Shown: positions 48,723 through 58,827, counted from the first letter of the stretch. The stretch: DNA of 64,000 nt from Salinispira sp. (GCA_965226555.1 CBDDDG010000010.1:128001-192000), one strand, 5' to 3'. The notes: generated by a model from the sequence alone, not told the origin. Translations and numbers: made by a program.

Positions 48723-50004
48723 ATGGATTTTCTTTCCGAATAATAAGAAACTGCAGCGCCGCAGCTCGGAGGTTTCCGGCAAAATACAGGCTTTGGGCAT
48801 AATAAAACCGGGCACGGAATTCCACATCGGCGGTGATATTCATATCCAGCAGATTTTCAAGCTGCCGAATGGCGGGTTCATACACAGCGTTCAGAAAATT
48901 TCCGTTGGCAATTTCAATGAGAATTTGTTCCTCAAGCGGTATTTCTGCCACATTGGTTCTGCCTTCGCTTTCGAGAATGACCGGCAGCATGGGCTTCGCC
49001 GATGGTATGGTAAAGCGCTGGATTATGGTTTTTAGATTCTCAGTGGTTTTTGCCTGAAATATCGTTTTGTCGGGAATGACGGTAGACTCATCCGCGAAAC
49101 TAACTCCGCTGCTGAGCGCCTGATCAAGCATGAGGGTGGGCAGGAAATTATCTCTCTGCGAAGCTCGGGCGATAGTGCCGGCCTCTGCATCTGCATCTGC
49201 ATCTCCGGCGCCCGAAACGACCGCTTCCAGAGGTATCGCAATTGCGCGCCGAAGACTATTTTCGCCCGGTTCAATAAACTTCTGCCCGCTTATTTCGGAA
49301 AAAATATAGTACCCGGTTTTGATAATATTGTAATCAAAGGCGGCATAATAATAGGGTATGCCCGCTATCGCAGAATCAACATAACGCTGCACACCCAGCG
49401 CGATGTTGGTAATTTGAGTGGCCGAGAGCAGATCATCAGCCGAGAAAATTGGGTGGGTACTCCTGAACACTGTCGTTCGGATATTCTTTTCCGTATTGAA
49501 ACGGAGTTCAATACCGTTCTCCACAACAGAGGCGCGAAGCGATTTCACCATGACAAAATCGATAAATTCTTCAATGGAAGATATAACAACAGGAATAGTT
49601 ATTTTATTATCGGAAGGAATGAGAACGGGTACCTCAACTCCAACCCGATTTACCGTAACCACCGCATAATAGTATGAGCCGTTATTGCGGATAGTATCCA
49701 CCGCCATCTGCGCTCCGGGCGCAAAATCGCCGATTCGCTGCGCGGACCTAAGATTTTCGGGAAAGAGTTCCCTGAGCGAGCGGTACACGCGGTATTTTAC
49801 CGTTGAAAGATTCTCTATATCTTTCCAGGTAATGGTTACCCGATTATCCGCAGCCTTCACATTGATATTGCTTACGAAGGGGGTGAAGCCGCCATCTGCA
49901 AAAAGGCCGCCGCCGCGCGAAACAGAGGCATCCTGAGCATGCGCCGCCCCAAAGGCGATAAAAAGAAGAAAAATTATAACTATGCAGAAGTTTTCATATT
50001 TCAT
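48598..50004 (-). CDS. secreted hypothetical protein with FN3-like and C-terminal TPR-like regions
   Basis: Signal peptide ...AAHA; YRVYRS...YYYAV; ARFYYAQSLYF. Confidence 0.75.
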   Translation of the reverse strand: MKYENFCIVIIFLLFIAFGAAHAQDASVSRGGGLFADGGFTPFVSNINVKAADNRVTITWKDIENLSTVKYRVYRSLRELFPENLRSAQRIGDFAPGAQMAVDTIRNNGSYYYAVVTVNRVGVEVPVLIPSDNKITIPVVISSIEEFIDFVMVKSLRASVVENGIELRFNTEKNIRTTVFRSTHPIFSADDLLSATQITNIALGVQRYVDSAIAGIPYYYAAFDYNIIKTGYYIFSEISGQKFIEPGENSLRRAIAIPLEAVVSGAGDADADAEAGTIARASQRDNFLPTLMLDQALSSGVSFADESTVIPDKTIFQAKTTENLKTIIQRFTIPSAKPMLPVILESEGRTNVAEIPLEEQILIEIANGNFLNAVYEPAIRQLENLLDMNITADVEFRARFYYAQSLYFAGNLRAAALQFLIIRKENPFIVRPWFEWVLDVLARYPTSSPSAMPDLYSHYSYGTLWASN

Positions 50005-50100
50005 TGCTTCTGTTATAATAATCGGCAGTTTTTTTCGTGTCTGTATACTGGAAACGTTTGATATGTCCTCACATGAAGCGAGCAGGCCGAGCAACGTCAA

Positions 50101-50349
50101 TTAATGCGATCCGTTCCGCAATGTCCGCATTTCCTTATCGCTCAGCCCGGTAACATCCTGAATGTCATGGGCTGAAAATCCTTTGGAAAACATACTGCGG
50201 GCCGTTTCTCGAATGCCTTCTTCACGACCTGTTCGCAGTCCTTTCTGCAATCCTTCCTGCCGACCTGTCTGAAGTCCTTCTTCGCGGCCTTCCTGCCGAC
50301 CCATCTCCGCAATGTGAGCTCTGAATGTTTCCGCATTCATTCTGAACAT
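50101..50349 (-). CDS. putative internally initiated small Rpn protein (RpnS-like, 82 aa)
   Basis: TAAGGAGGTAGCGAAA-ATG in frame. Confidence 0.7.
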   Translation of the reverse strand: MFRMNAETFRAHIAEMGRQEGREEGLQTGRQEGLQKGLRTGREEGIRETARSMFSKGFSAHDIQDVTGLSDKEMRTLRNGSH

Positions 50350-50957
50350 TTTCGCTACCTCCTTACCTCTCGGTTCTTTTGTTCTTTCTAATTGATTCAT
50401 TAACGTATCGAAGTCTATAACAATTCCGAACATCAAATCTACCACGCCGACAAATTCCTTTATCAGCTCCAGCGATTCTTCATTCAGCATTTCTGCTATC
50501 GCTTTCTCCACCTTCTGAATGTCCCAATCCGTATTCAGCAGATTTTTCGAGTACAGATCAAGGTACATAACAGCCGCAAACATTCTTCCCCGCTGCTGCA
50601 GCTGCTCCGCAGAATAATCGTTCTCACTTATCAGATCGTAGGGAAAAGGAGCAAGATACTGCGGGAATTCCCGCGTGTTCTGCTCTCTGACATTCCCGGG
50701 CACCTTCCATTTTCTCGTACCATTATAGAACACAATGGGCAGAAATACCAATTCACAGTCATCGGGAATTGCTCCAGAGCGGTGAATGTTCCGATAGAGA
50801 AGGTTTGTGTACTCCGACATGCGGAGGGGCATGTCTTTGTCCATGCGCCTCCGACAAAGCGTTGAAGAAATTGGAGCATTATTGCGGGTTGGAACAGCAG
50901 GGAGCGGTATCCTTGGTCGTAGGGAACGGGGGCGGGTTTTTCTTTGAAATCGATCAT
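50101..50957 (-). pseudogene. Rpn-family gene (third subfamily) with internal deletion/frameshift removing the nuclease core
   Basis: AGGAGG-ATG 50957 gives PYDQGYRSLLFQP...FVGGAW; frame then shifts to DKDMPLRM..Y / PIVFYNG..KW; the D...E.Q segment is missing. Confidence 0.8.
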
Positions 50958-51253
50958 ATAATTCCTCCTGAAGGTTTCTTATGAACGTTTTTTTCTGAAT
51001 AGGGGAGTTCCCATGGCGATGTGATGCCATGGTGAATTCTCTCCTCCTATATCTATAACGGGTAAACGGTCATTTTTGACTATGTTTTTTGAAAAAATTT
51101 GAAAAAAGTTTGCAAAATGTTGTGAATTTTTTTCGGATTGGGAGGGATTTTCGGGGCTACGGGAGGGGAGGGCTCGGGAACTGTTCCCGTTACGGTAAGA
51201 AGATACAGTGATCCCGAAAAATCGACCCGGTAATTTTCCATGAAAATTCATGT

Positions 51254-51480
51254 ACAAAGTTTTGCTACTGAAAATTGTGCTTGCACAATTTTCCAATGAG
51301 GATTCTCTCATCTATATGTTTGATTCTCTCAAGGTATAGAAAGTTTTGCCACAGGCAAAACTTTATCAATGCAAAACTTTCTATAAAATAGGAGAATGCT
51401 CAGCACATACAAAGCATTTCGAATCTGAAACTTTTGCTACTGGAAATTGTGCTTGCACAATTTCCAATGCAAAAGTTTCA
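51254..51480. repeat. largest composite copy of the AT-rich hairpin repeat
   Basis: Two aaattgtgcttgcacaattt palindromes flanking the gattctctcaaggtataga module, the aaagttttgccacaggcaaaacttt hairpin and the aggagaatgct...agcatt module. Confidence 0.9.
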
Positions 51481-51579
51481 TGTAGATAGTTGATATTCCT
51501 GATACTTTGTAGTAGTCTTTAAGAAAGGTTTCAGCGCGTATTCGCACTGAAACATATTTTTAGAAAAAGGAGTATTAAA

Positions 51580-53718
51580 ATGATGTTTAATCTTTTTAAT
51601 CCACTACGAAAGTTATGGGGGGGGACGTCCTCTGTATTGATTATAATGAGCGTGGTTCTCATTGCCGTGCTTGCCGGATGTCCGGGGCCAGATCCTGTTC
51701 CGGGAGGTGATCCTGATCCTGTCACTGTTCCTGCCGCGCCGGCTGCTCCCACCCTCAATGTGGGGAACGCCGCGCTGACTGTTACATGGGCAGCGCCCGA
51801 TAACGGCGGCAGCGCCATTACCGAGTACCATGTGCAGCACAAAGAAAGCACCGCAGACTGGCCAGCGGACGGCACAACCAATACCGCCGCTATCGGCGGT
51901 ACTGTAACAAGCCACACCATTTCCGGGCTGGACAACACAACCAGTTACGATGTGCGGGTGCGCGCGGTCAATGCGCAGGGCGCGGGGAACTGGTCGACAT
52001 CTGCCGCTGCAACACCAAGCGCATCCCATCCTCCAGCGCCGAATACGCCCACCCTTGTTGCGGGGAAAGGGAAGCTAACTGTTACTTGGGAAATGCCGAT
52101 TATTGCCGCCGGTGCCAGCGCCATTACCACGTACCATGTGCAGCACAAACTAAGCACCGCAAGCTGGCCAACGGACGACTCAACGGACACCGCCACTATT
52201 AATGACGGCACTGCTACACGCCACGTCATTTCCGGGCTGATAGGCGGCAGTTCGTACGATGTACGGGTGCGCGCAGAAAATGAGGATACATTGCTTGGCG
52301 CATGGTCGCAGCCTGCCACTGCAACCCCTCTCTCAACTTCCACTGTTCCTGCCGCGCCAACTGCTCCCACTCTCGAAGCGGGGAACGCTTCGCTTAGGGT
52401 TACATGGACAGCGCCCGATGACGGCGGCAGCGCCATTACCGGGTATAACCTTCGCCATAGCGCGGACGGAGGAACCCCATGGACGCCTATTACCTCCGGC
52501 ATCACCGGCACAAGCCACACCATTACTGGGCTGACAAACGGCGCCAGCTACCACGTACAGGTACGCGCCGTTAACGCTGTGGGCGATGGCGGCTGGTCTG
52601 AATCCGCAACGGAAATGCCGGCAATAATAATTTCATCGACCCAGACTCCCGCGGGTACGGCAGCGACGGTAAGCCTTTCGGCTGCCTCTAATGCCATTAT
52701 TACCGCTGAGAGCCCAACCGTTGCTTTGACAGTGGTGGAACCGGGCACTCTCGCGGTTACTGAATCAGCCATTACGGTCACCGCCGCAACTGCGCCCGCA
52801 GGGGTTGCCATTCCGACAGTTGATTCGGGTACCGGCATGGTTACGGTTACCGCGACGACAACGGCAGGAACATATCTGGTATATGGCAGCAAAGCCGGAG
52901 ACATACTCTTTGCCGAATTTTTCTTTGTTACCGTGAGTCCTGCTGATAACGCTGCACTGAAAACAGCGGTAAATAATGGGATAACAACTTGGGGCACAGC
53001 AGTCATTGATCCTGCTGGCGATGGCAACGATACTGGCAAAACCGGTGACGACTACACCTATGCCGATCTCAACTACATTGTTACCACGGCAGTAACGGAT
53101 ATGTCCGAAGTGTTTTTTAGTAGCACATTCAATGGCGATATCTCCGGCTGGGATACTAGCGCGGCAACAACTATGTATAGGATGTTCGCTGGAGCAAGCG
53201 CATTCAATGGCGATATCTCGGGCTGGGATGTCAGCTCGGTAACGAATATGTACCAGATTTTCGCTGTGAGCGCATTCAATGGCGATATCTCGAAATGGGA
53301 TACTACAGCGGTAACAGTTATGTATGGGATGTTCAGTCAAGCAAGCACATTCAATAGCGATATCTCCGCATGGAATGTCAGTGCGGTAACGAATATGTCC
53401 GCTATGTTCAAGGAAGCAAGCGCCTTCAATGGCAATATCTCAAACTGGAAAACTGGTGCGGTAACGACTATGTCCAATATGTTCGATAGAGCAAGCGCAT
53501 TCAATGGCAATATTTCCGGCTGGGATGTCAGTTCGGTAACGAATATGCTCACTATGTTCTATTCTGCAAGCGCATTCAATCAGGATCTTGAAAACTGGGC
53601 GAAGGATGCGAATGGTAACAACTTGACCACTGGCAGCTGGAACGATGGCGCATATACCGGAATCAAAACAAATATGTTTTTGAATTCCGGCGTAACAACG
53701 CCGCCGTCATGGTATTAG
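51580..53718 (+). CDS. surface lipoprotein: 3 FN3 domains + 7 DUF285 repeats
   Basis: AAGGAG RBS; lipobox VLAGC; three FN3 units; seven FN(G/S/Q)(D/N) repeats. Confidence 0.92.
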   Translation: MMFNLFNPLRKLWGGTSSVLIIMSVVLIAVLAGCPGPDPVPGGDPDPVTVPAAPAAPTLNVGNAALTVTWAAPDNGGSAITEYHVQHKESTADWPADGTTNTAAIGGTVTSHTISGLDNTTSYDVRVRAVNAQGAGNWSTSAAATPSASHPPAPNTPTLVAGKGKLTVTWEMPIIAAGASAITTYHVQHKLSTASWPTDDSTDTATINDGTATRHVISGLIGGSSYDVRVRAENEDTLLGAWSQPATATPLSTSTVPAAPTAPTLEAGNASLRVTWTAPDDGGSAITGYNLRHSADGGTPWTPITSGITGTSHTITGLTNGASYHVQVRAVNAVGDGGWSESATEMPAIIISSTQTPAGTAATVSLSAASNAIITAESPTVALTVVEPGTLAVTESAITVTAATAPAGVAIPTVDSGTGMVTVTATTTAGTYLVYGSKAGDILFAEFFFVTVSPADNAALKTAVNNGITTWGTAVIDPAGDGNDTGKTGDDYTYADLNYIVTTAVTDMSEVFFSSTFNGDISGWDTSAATTMYRMFAGASAFNGDISGWDVSSVTNMYQIFAVSAFNGDISKWDTTAVTVMYGMFSQASTFNSDISAWNVSAVTNMSAMFKEASAFNGNISNWKTGAVTTMSNMFDRASAFNGNISGWDVSSVTNMLTMFYSASAFNQDLENWAKDANGNNLTTGSWNDGAYTGIKTNMFLNSGVTTPPSWY

Positions 53719-53774
53719 GAGCAGTTTCATAGCCCGCAGCCCTCAGCGGCTATTGAAACGTTGCAATTCAACTC

Positions 53775-53810
53775 AGGCAGGCGCGGATTGTTCCGTGCCT
53801 GCCTTTTTTT
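53775..53810 (+). terminator. Rho-independent terminator
   Basis: aggcaggcgcgga-ttgt-tccgtgcctgcc followed by T7. Confidence 0.85.
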
Positions 53811-53896
53811 CGATAAGACGGCTGGTCGCGCTTCCGCGTTGCTCGCCCGGGCCCGGCTCGCCATGCGGCGGGATCAGGTCAATATCTCAAAATAAT

Positions 53897-53951
53897 AGAA
53901 ACTTTTGCATTGGAAAATTGTGCAGAGCAAAATTTTCAGTAGCAAAACTCT
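53897..53951. repeat. AT-rich hairpin repeat between two aatatctcaaaataatagaaac direct repeats
   Basis: agaaacttttgcattggaaaattgtgcagagcaaaattttcagtagcaaaactct; direct repeats at 53881 and 53954. Confidence 0.8.
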
Positions 53952-53970
53952 GTAATATCTCAAAATAATA

Positions 53971-55310
53971 GAAACCTTTGAATAACTCCATTATATCTGC
54001 CGGTAGTCTTTTTTCCACGCAGAAAAAATTATTCATCGTTTTTCACGTTATTCTCTTCAGCATCCTCCGTCTTTTTTCGGCGCGATACGCGCTATATTCG
54101 TTCTTTTTTTCATCTTTTTTCAGTATTTCCCTCATTTCCGGCAGCAGTACCGCCATAAGGGCACAGCTATCCTGTTGTTATGCCGCAACCGCAGAGTTTT
54201 CCAGCGCCATGTTCCCCATTCGCCGTTTCATGCCGATCATCTGTTTCAGATTATACATAATCGCCATACACATAAACCGACTCTGATTCCTCTGAACTCC
54301 CATATACCGCGCCTTTCTTGCGCCGCAATGGAGTTTGCTCAGACCAAAAAACCGCTCCACCGTATTCCTTACGCGCGACCGCCCGTAATTCGCCTGCTTC
54401 TGTTCATCGGTTAACGGTGTGTTCCGATACGCCCGCTCATGTATCTGATTCTCTATGCCCATCTCCTCAAGCATCGCAGCAATCGCTTTACTCCGGTACG
54501 CGGCATCCGCGTACACCACCGTCTCATTTCCCATAATCAATTCGCCAAATAGTTTGCTGTCATGAATATTGGCCGCAGTCACCAGCAGTTTCTTCGCCCG
54601 TCCCTTCTCATTTACCGTCACGTGTATCTTGAAACCGTAGGTTGTTCGTACCGTTCCATCGCCTCCCCTCTTACTCGCGTAGGCCGCTTCAGGATCCTGT
54701 GTCGATTCTCCTGCGTCATTTTTTTTCTTCCGATGCCGCGAAGCCTGTATGACACTCGCATCAATTATGCTGACTGTGCCCCGGTGCACTTCACAATCCT
54801 GCGTGTCCAACTGCGCATTCACCGTGTCCAAGAGCGCGCTGAGAATATTCTTACGGGTCAGTTGTTCCCGAAACCGCCATATCGTGGAATGATCGGGAGT
54901 ATCATCGAGAACATTGAGCCCCACAAAACGCTTGTATGCCAAGTCGCAGGCAAGCGCATTTTCCATGCCTTCATCGCTGAGATTCTGCCACGATTGCAGC
55001 AACAGCACTTTGAACATCATAACCGGATGATATCCTTTCGCGCCCATCGATTTGTTGTTGATAGCACAGAGCATCTCCCCAATTTCCTTCCAATTGATCA
55101 GTTCATACAGACTATCGAAGCGTTTCAGCGCTTTACTTTCCTGAATACCCTGATTGATCAGCGATCCATGATGTTCTTTCCAATTATTTCCCATTGCGTT
55201 CTCCTGTTTCAGCGCCGGACAGCGCACAATACAACCCGATTGCTCATTCCCAGCTCTCTGTGTGAATTTTCTTCAAAATACCATTATTCCCGATGATGTG
55301 CAAAGGTTTC
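53971..55310 (-). mobile_element. IS5-family insertion sequence
   Basis: TIR gaaacctttg / caaaggtttc; flanked by duplicated (t)aat(a); empty-site equivalent at ~56747-56790. Confidence 0.9.
54178..55194 (-). CDS. IS5-family DDE transposase
   Basis: LSDEGME, PDHSTIWRFR, IIDAS, FGFK-like YGFKIH, ANIHD, YADAAY, R..VERFFG..K. Confidence 0.95.
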   Translation of the reverse strand: MGNNWKEHHGSLINQGIQESKALKRFDSLYELINWKEIGEMLCAINNKSMGAKGYHPVMMFKVLLLQSWQNLSDEGMENALACDLAYKRFVGLNVLDDTPDHSTIWRFREQLTRKNILSALLDTVNAQLDTQDCEVHRGTVSIIDASVIQASRHRKKKNDAGESTQDPEAAYASKRGGDGTVRTTYGFKIHVTVNEKGRAKKLLVTAANIHDSKLFGELIMGNETVVYADAAYRSKAIAAMLEEMGIENQIHERAYRNTPLTDEQKQANYGRSRVRNTVERFFGLSKLHCGARKARYMGVQRNQSRFMCMAIMYNLKQMIGMKRRMGNMALENSAVAA

Positions 55311-55663
55311 TAATAGAAACTTTTTACAAAAATTTCTCATATTCACCATTCATATTTACCCCGTCTATATAGTATGAGCGGAAAATATATCGGTATGGCG
55401 CCACTCTGACCCACGCAGGATCAATTTTCGGGCTATCTTACGCAGTCAGTCGGATATCGCCATAGACGCGCTATCCCGAGCTCCCTGAGCGCGCCCGCCG
55501 CCGGAAACTGCTGGCTCCGCCTTAATGCCCAAAACACCGAATACTCTCTTACCGGGCAATTCATATCAATTCACCTTTGCAAAACACAACATTCTTTCAA
55601 ATTCTTTCCCAAAACATAGTTAAAAATGACTTTTCTCCCGTTATAGATGTAAGAGGAATATTT

Positions 55664-56701
55664 ATGAAAAAATCATCCCACAGCACAGGCCATATCCACG
55701 ACATAGCCTTCAAGATCGCCTACTACAGAACCCCCCGTATGATTCTCGACCTGCTGCGGCTGTTCTGTGAAGATACAACGCTTACCAAGCTGGATCTGGA
55801 CAAAATCCGCATTGAAACCCCCAGCTACATTGCAGGAAAAAAGAACCTTCACTGCGATCTCGTTGTCAGTGCCCCCTTCCTGTCAGACCCCGACCGGAAA
55901 TCTATTTTTATTATTGAGCATAAAAGCTACCTGAATAAACATGCTCTCACTCAAATCGATAACTATCAGTATGTCATCAGAAACAGCAATGTGTACAATG
56001 AAAATGATGCTATCTATATACTGCTGCTCTACCATGGAAAAAAGGAATGGAACCTCCCACTCACATTTTACAGTTCTCATGGAAATGCTGCTTCCGAATC
56101 CATGACTGAAGGCACGGTAGATGTCAGGGTAAAAGTGTCGTACATTGTGCGCGATCTGAGGCGAATGGACAAAAAGCAGTTGGCATGGCGCTTCAATGGA
56201 AAACGATATACATCGACTGCGTTGTGGTATATAATGCGAGACAATGAAATGAACGATGAGGGGCTGAAAGAAATTGCGCAGCTCCTGAACGATCTGTCTT
56301 CACAAGACTTTACTGATCTGGCAGAGAGTGTGCTAGGCTATCTAAAAGATTTGGGACTGTATGAACAGTTTGAGAAAATTGACAGGAAACTATATCCTGA
56401 AGGAGAAAACAGTATGCGGACATATAATATAACCAACGCCTTCGTCAGGGAAGGCATTGCGAAGGGCCGGATTGAGGGAATGGAGAAGGGCATTCTGAAA
56501 GGCCGGATTGAGGGACTTGAGCAGGGACTTGAGCAGGGTCTTGAGCAGGGTCGTGCTGAGCTCCAGCGTGAACATGATCGAACCCAACGTGAGCAGGTAC
56601 TCAAAATGCTCAGGAAGGGCATATCGATGGACATTATTCATGATATCACCAATCTCAGCGGGGATGAAATTCGAACATTTCAGAAAAACGGTGAAGCGTA
56701 G
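55664..56701 (+). CDS. Rpn family nuclease, array copy 1 (intact; internal start at 56414)
   Basis: HDIAFK, CDLVVS, IEHKSY, YHG...W; internal AAGGAG-N9-ATG. Confidence 0.9.
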   Translation: MKKSSHSTGHIHDIAFKIAYYRTPRMILDLLRLFCEDTTLTKLDLDKIRIETPSYIAGKKNLHCDLVVSAPFLSDPDRKSIFIIEHKSYLNKHALTQIDNYQYVIRNSNVYNENDAIYILLLYHGKKEWNLPLTFYSSHGNAASESMTEGTVDVRVKVSYIVRDLRRMDKKQLAWRFNGKRYTSTALWYIMRDNEMNDEGLKEIAQLLNDLSSQDFTDLAESVLGYLKDLGLYEQFEKIDRKLYPEGENSMRTYNITNAFVREGIAKGRIEGMEKGILKGRIEGLEQGLEQGLEQGRAELQREHDRTQREQVLKMLRKGISMDIIHDITNLSGDEIRTFQKNGEA

Positions 56702-57048
56702 CAGCGCTACTTCAGCGCGCCCCGCGCCGGGGTCAGGTCCAACAGTAATATCTCAAAATAATAAAAACTTTTTGAAAAAATTTCTTATATTCACCATTCA
56801 TATTTACCCCGTCTATATAGTATGAGCGGAAAATATATCGGTATGGCGCCACTCTGACCCACGCAGGATCAATTTTCGGGCTATCTTACGCAGTCAGTCG
56901 GATATCGCCATAGACGCGCTATCCCGAGCTCCCTGAGCGCGCCCGCCGCCGGAAACTGCTGGCTCTGCCTTAATGCCCAAAACACCGAATACTCTCTTAC
57001 CGGGCAATTCATATCAATTCACCTTTGAAAAACACAACATTCTTTTAA

Positions 57049-58760
57049 GAGCCTGTCGGACTTTACCCGGGTTGATAGTGGTATTGCGTTTGATTGGAGA
57101 ATCTGATATAGTTTTTTCATGCAACGATTTAAGTCATGTAGTCAAGATCAACAATTCCTGATGCCTCTTGATATGAGAGATTGGGTTCCCGAAGATCATC
57201 TGGTCAATTTTATTAACGAAGCGGTAAGCACCATAGACAGTACCGTTTTTCATATCAATAGGCGGGGAAGCGGGAGCGAGCAATATCATCCGAAAATGAT
57301 GCTTGCCTTGCTGATATATAGCTACACGGAAGGACGATTTAGCAGTCGCCGGATAGAACGGTCAACGTACGAGAATATCTGTGCGCTCTATCTGACCGGC
57401 AACACGCATCCCGATCACGATACTATTTGTCGCTTTCGCCGAAAAAATACAGAAGCGATACACAAAGCGTTTATCCGTATTCTGCTGCTTGCCAAAGAGA
57501 TAGGCATTCTGAAGGTCGGGACGGTCAGTATAGATGGGACACACATTAAAGCCAATGCGAGTAAATTCGAAAATGTGAGCTATGATCGGGCTGAGGAGCT
57601 GGAGAAACGGCTTGATGAGGACATTCAGAAATTGTTAGTGGAGGCAGAAGCGGCCGATACCGCAGACGATGAGGATGCGAACAGATTACCACAGGAGATT
57701 GCCCGAAGGCAGAAACTCCGCGAAAAGATGATCCATGCGCGAGCTGAAGTGGAAAGACGCGCGCGTGTCCGCGAGGAAAGAGAACAGGAGAAAGCGGAGA
57801 AAAAAGATGGAGCAAATGATACGGAAGATGTTTCCCCCGGCGGGGGAGCGAAGACAGACGCTCAGAGCGAAGGGCCTCCTGATCGGGCGATCCCGCCTGC
57901 GGACGGACAGAAAACACTTTTTGCCGATGATGATCCTGAAGACATTTCAGCGAAGGCGCAGGAGATTCTGCCGAAGGGCGAGCAGGCATGCAACAACACT
58001 GATCCTGACAGCCGTATTATGACAAAGGGATCGGGAACACAGCAGGCCTATAATGCTCAGGCGGTAGTCGATGCCGATGGCACGCAATTAATTGTCGGGA
58101 CGCGTGTTTCCCAGTGTTCATCTGACCGGAATGAACTGGTAAACGATTGTCTCTCTGTTCCCCCAGATGTCGGGAAGCCCGAGCGAGCGCTTGCTGACGC
58201 GGGCTTTGTCAATGGCGATGAAGTGAAAACAGTAGAGGAAGAAATGGGGATAGATGTTCTGGTGTCTGTTCGGGCTGAAGAGACACATAATCCGCGAGAA
58301 TACGACTATCGACCGGAAGAGAAGAAGGCCAACACCACGCCTCCAAAAGAATCCAAGCCATGGATAAAAGATATGAACGCCAAATTTCAGAAGTCCGAGA
58401 ACCGAAAACTCTATGCCCGCAGGAAGCAGACGGTGGAACCGGTATTCGGGATTATTAAGCAGTGCATGGGATTTCGACAATTTCTCCACAGAGGCCTTGC
58501 ACATGTTACGAGTGAATGGGAACTTGTCGCGTTGGCTTATAATTGCAAGAGACTTCATCGACTGAAAATGACCTATGGATAATAGAAAAACTCCCCCCGT
58601 TGCGCCCGCGCATAGTTCCAACTGGCATCATCGAAGCGCGAATGGGTTCACGATGCCACCCCGCGCCTGAAGAAAACAACGCGATAACTGACGGCAATAC
58701 TCATTCCCACATCCATCGACTCACATCAAACAACATGAGGTATTTATGTACGACAGGCTC
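57049..58760 (+). mobile_element. IS1182-family insertion sequence in the leader of array unit 2
   Basis: TIR gagcctgtcg / cgacaggctc; TTAA target duplication; empty site cttttaaatccc at ~61697. Confidence 0.96.
57119..58582 (+). CDS. IS1182-family transposase
   Basis: WVPEDHL, YHPKMMLALLIY.Y, SSRRIE, PDHDTI.RFR, IDGT.IKANAS, TDPDSR.M, ADAG, RKQTVEPVFGIIK. Confidence 0.96.
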   Translation: MQRFKSCSQDQQFLMPLDMRDWVPEDHLVNFINEAVSTIDSTVFHINRRGSGSEQYHPKMMLALLIYSYTEGRFSSRRIERSTYENICALYLTGNTHPDHDTICRFRRKNTEAIHKAFIRILLLAKEIGILKVGTVSIDGTHIKANASKFENVSYDRAEELEKRLDEDIQKLLVEAEAADTADDEDANRLPQEIARRQKLREKMIHARAEVERRARVREEREQEKAEKKDGANDTEDVSPGGGAKTDAQSEGPPDRAIPPADGQKTLFADDDPEDISAKAQEILPKGEQACNNTDPDSRIMTKGSGTQQAYNAQAVVDADGTQLIVGTRVSQCSSDRNELVNDCLSVPPDVGKPERALADAGFVNGDEVKTVEEEMGIDVLVSVRAEETHNPREYDYRPEEKKANTTPPKESKPWIKDMNAKFQKSENRKLYARRKQTVEPVFGIIKQCMGFRQFLHRGLAHVTSEWELVALAYNCKRLHRLKMTYG

Positions 58761-58827
58761 TTAAATCCCTTCCAAAAACATAGTCAAAAATGACTTTTTA
58801 CCCGTTATAGATGTAGGAGGAATGTTT

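Noticed and set aside
50958..51030. 309-aa ORF 50101-51030 as an intact Rpn
   Set aside because: Its first ~60 aa are out of frame with the true Rpn N-terminus (start 50957) and the catalytic segment is missing
12079..53718. Diversity-generating retroelement acting on the DUF285 proteins
   Set aside because: No reverse transcriptase or TR/VR pair seen, and variation is not confined to adenines
55434..55565. 43-codon antisense ORF (MNCPVREYSVF...) in the Rpn leader
   Set aside because: Frameshifted by a 2-nt indel in the 9970-10146 copy; no recognisable motif
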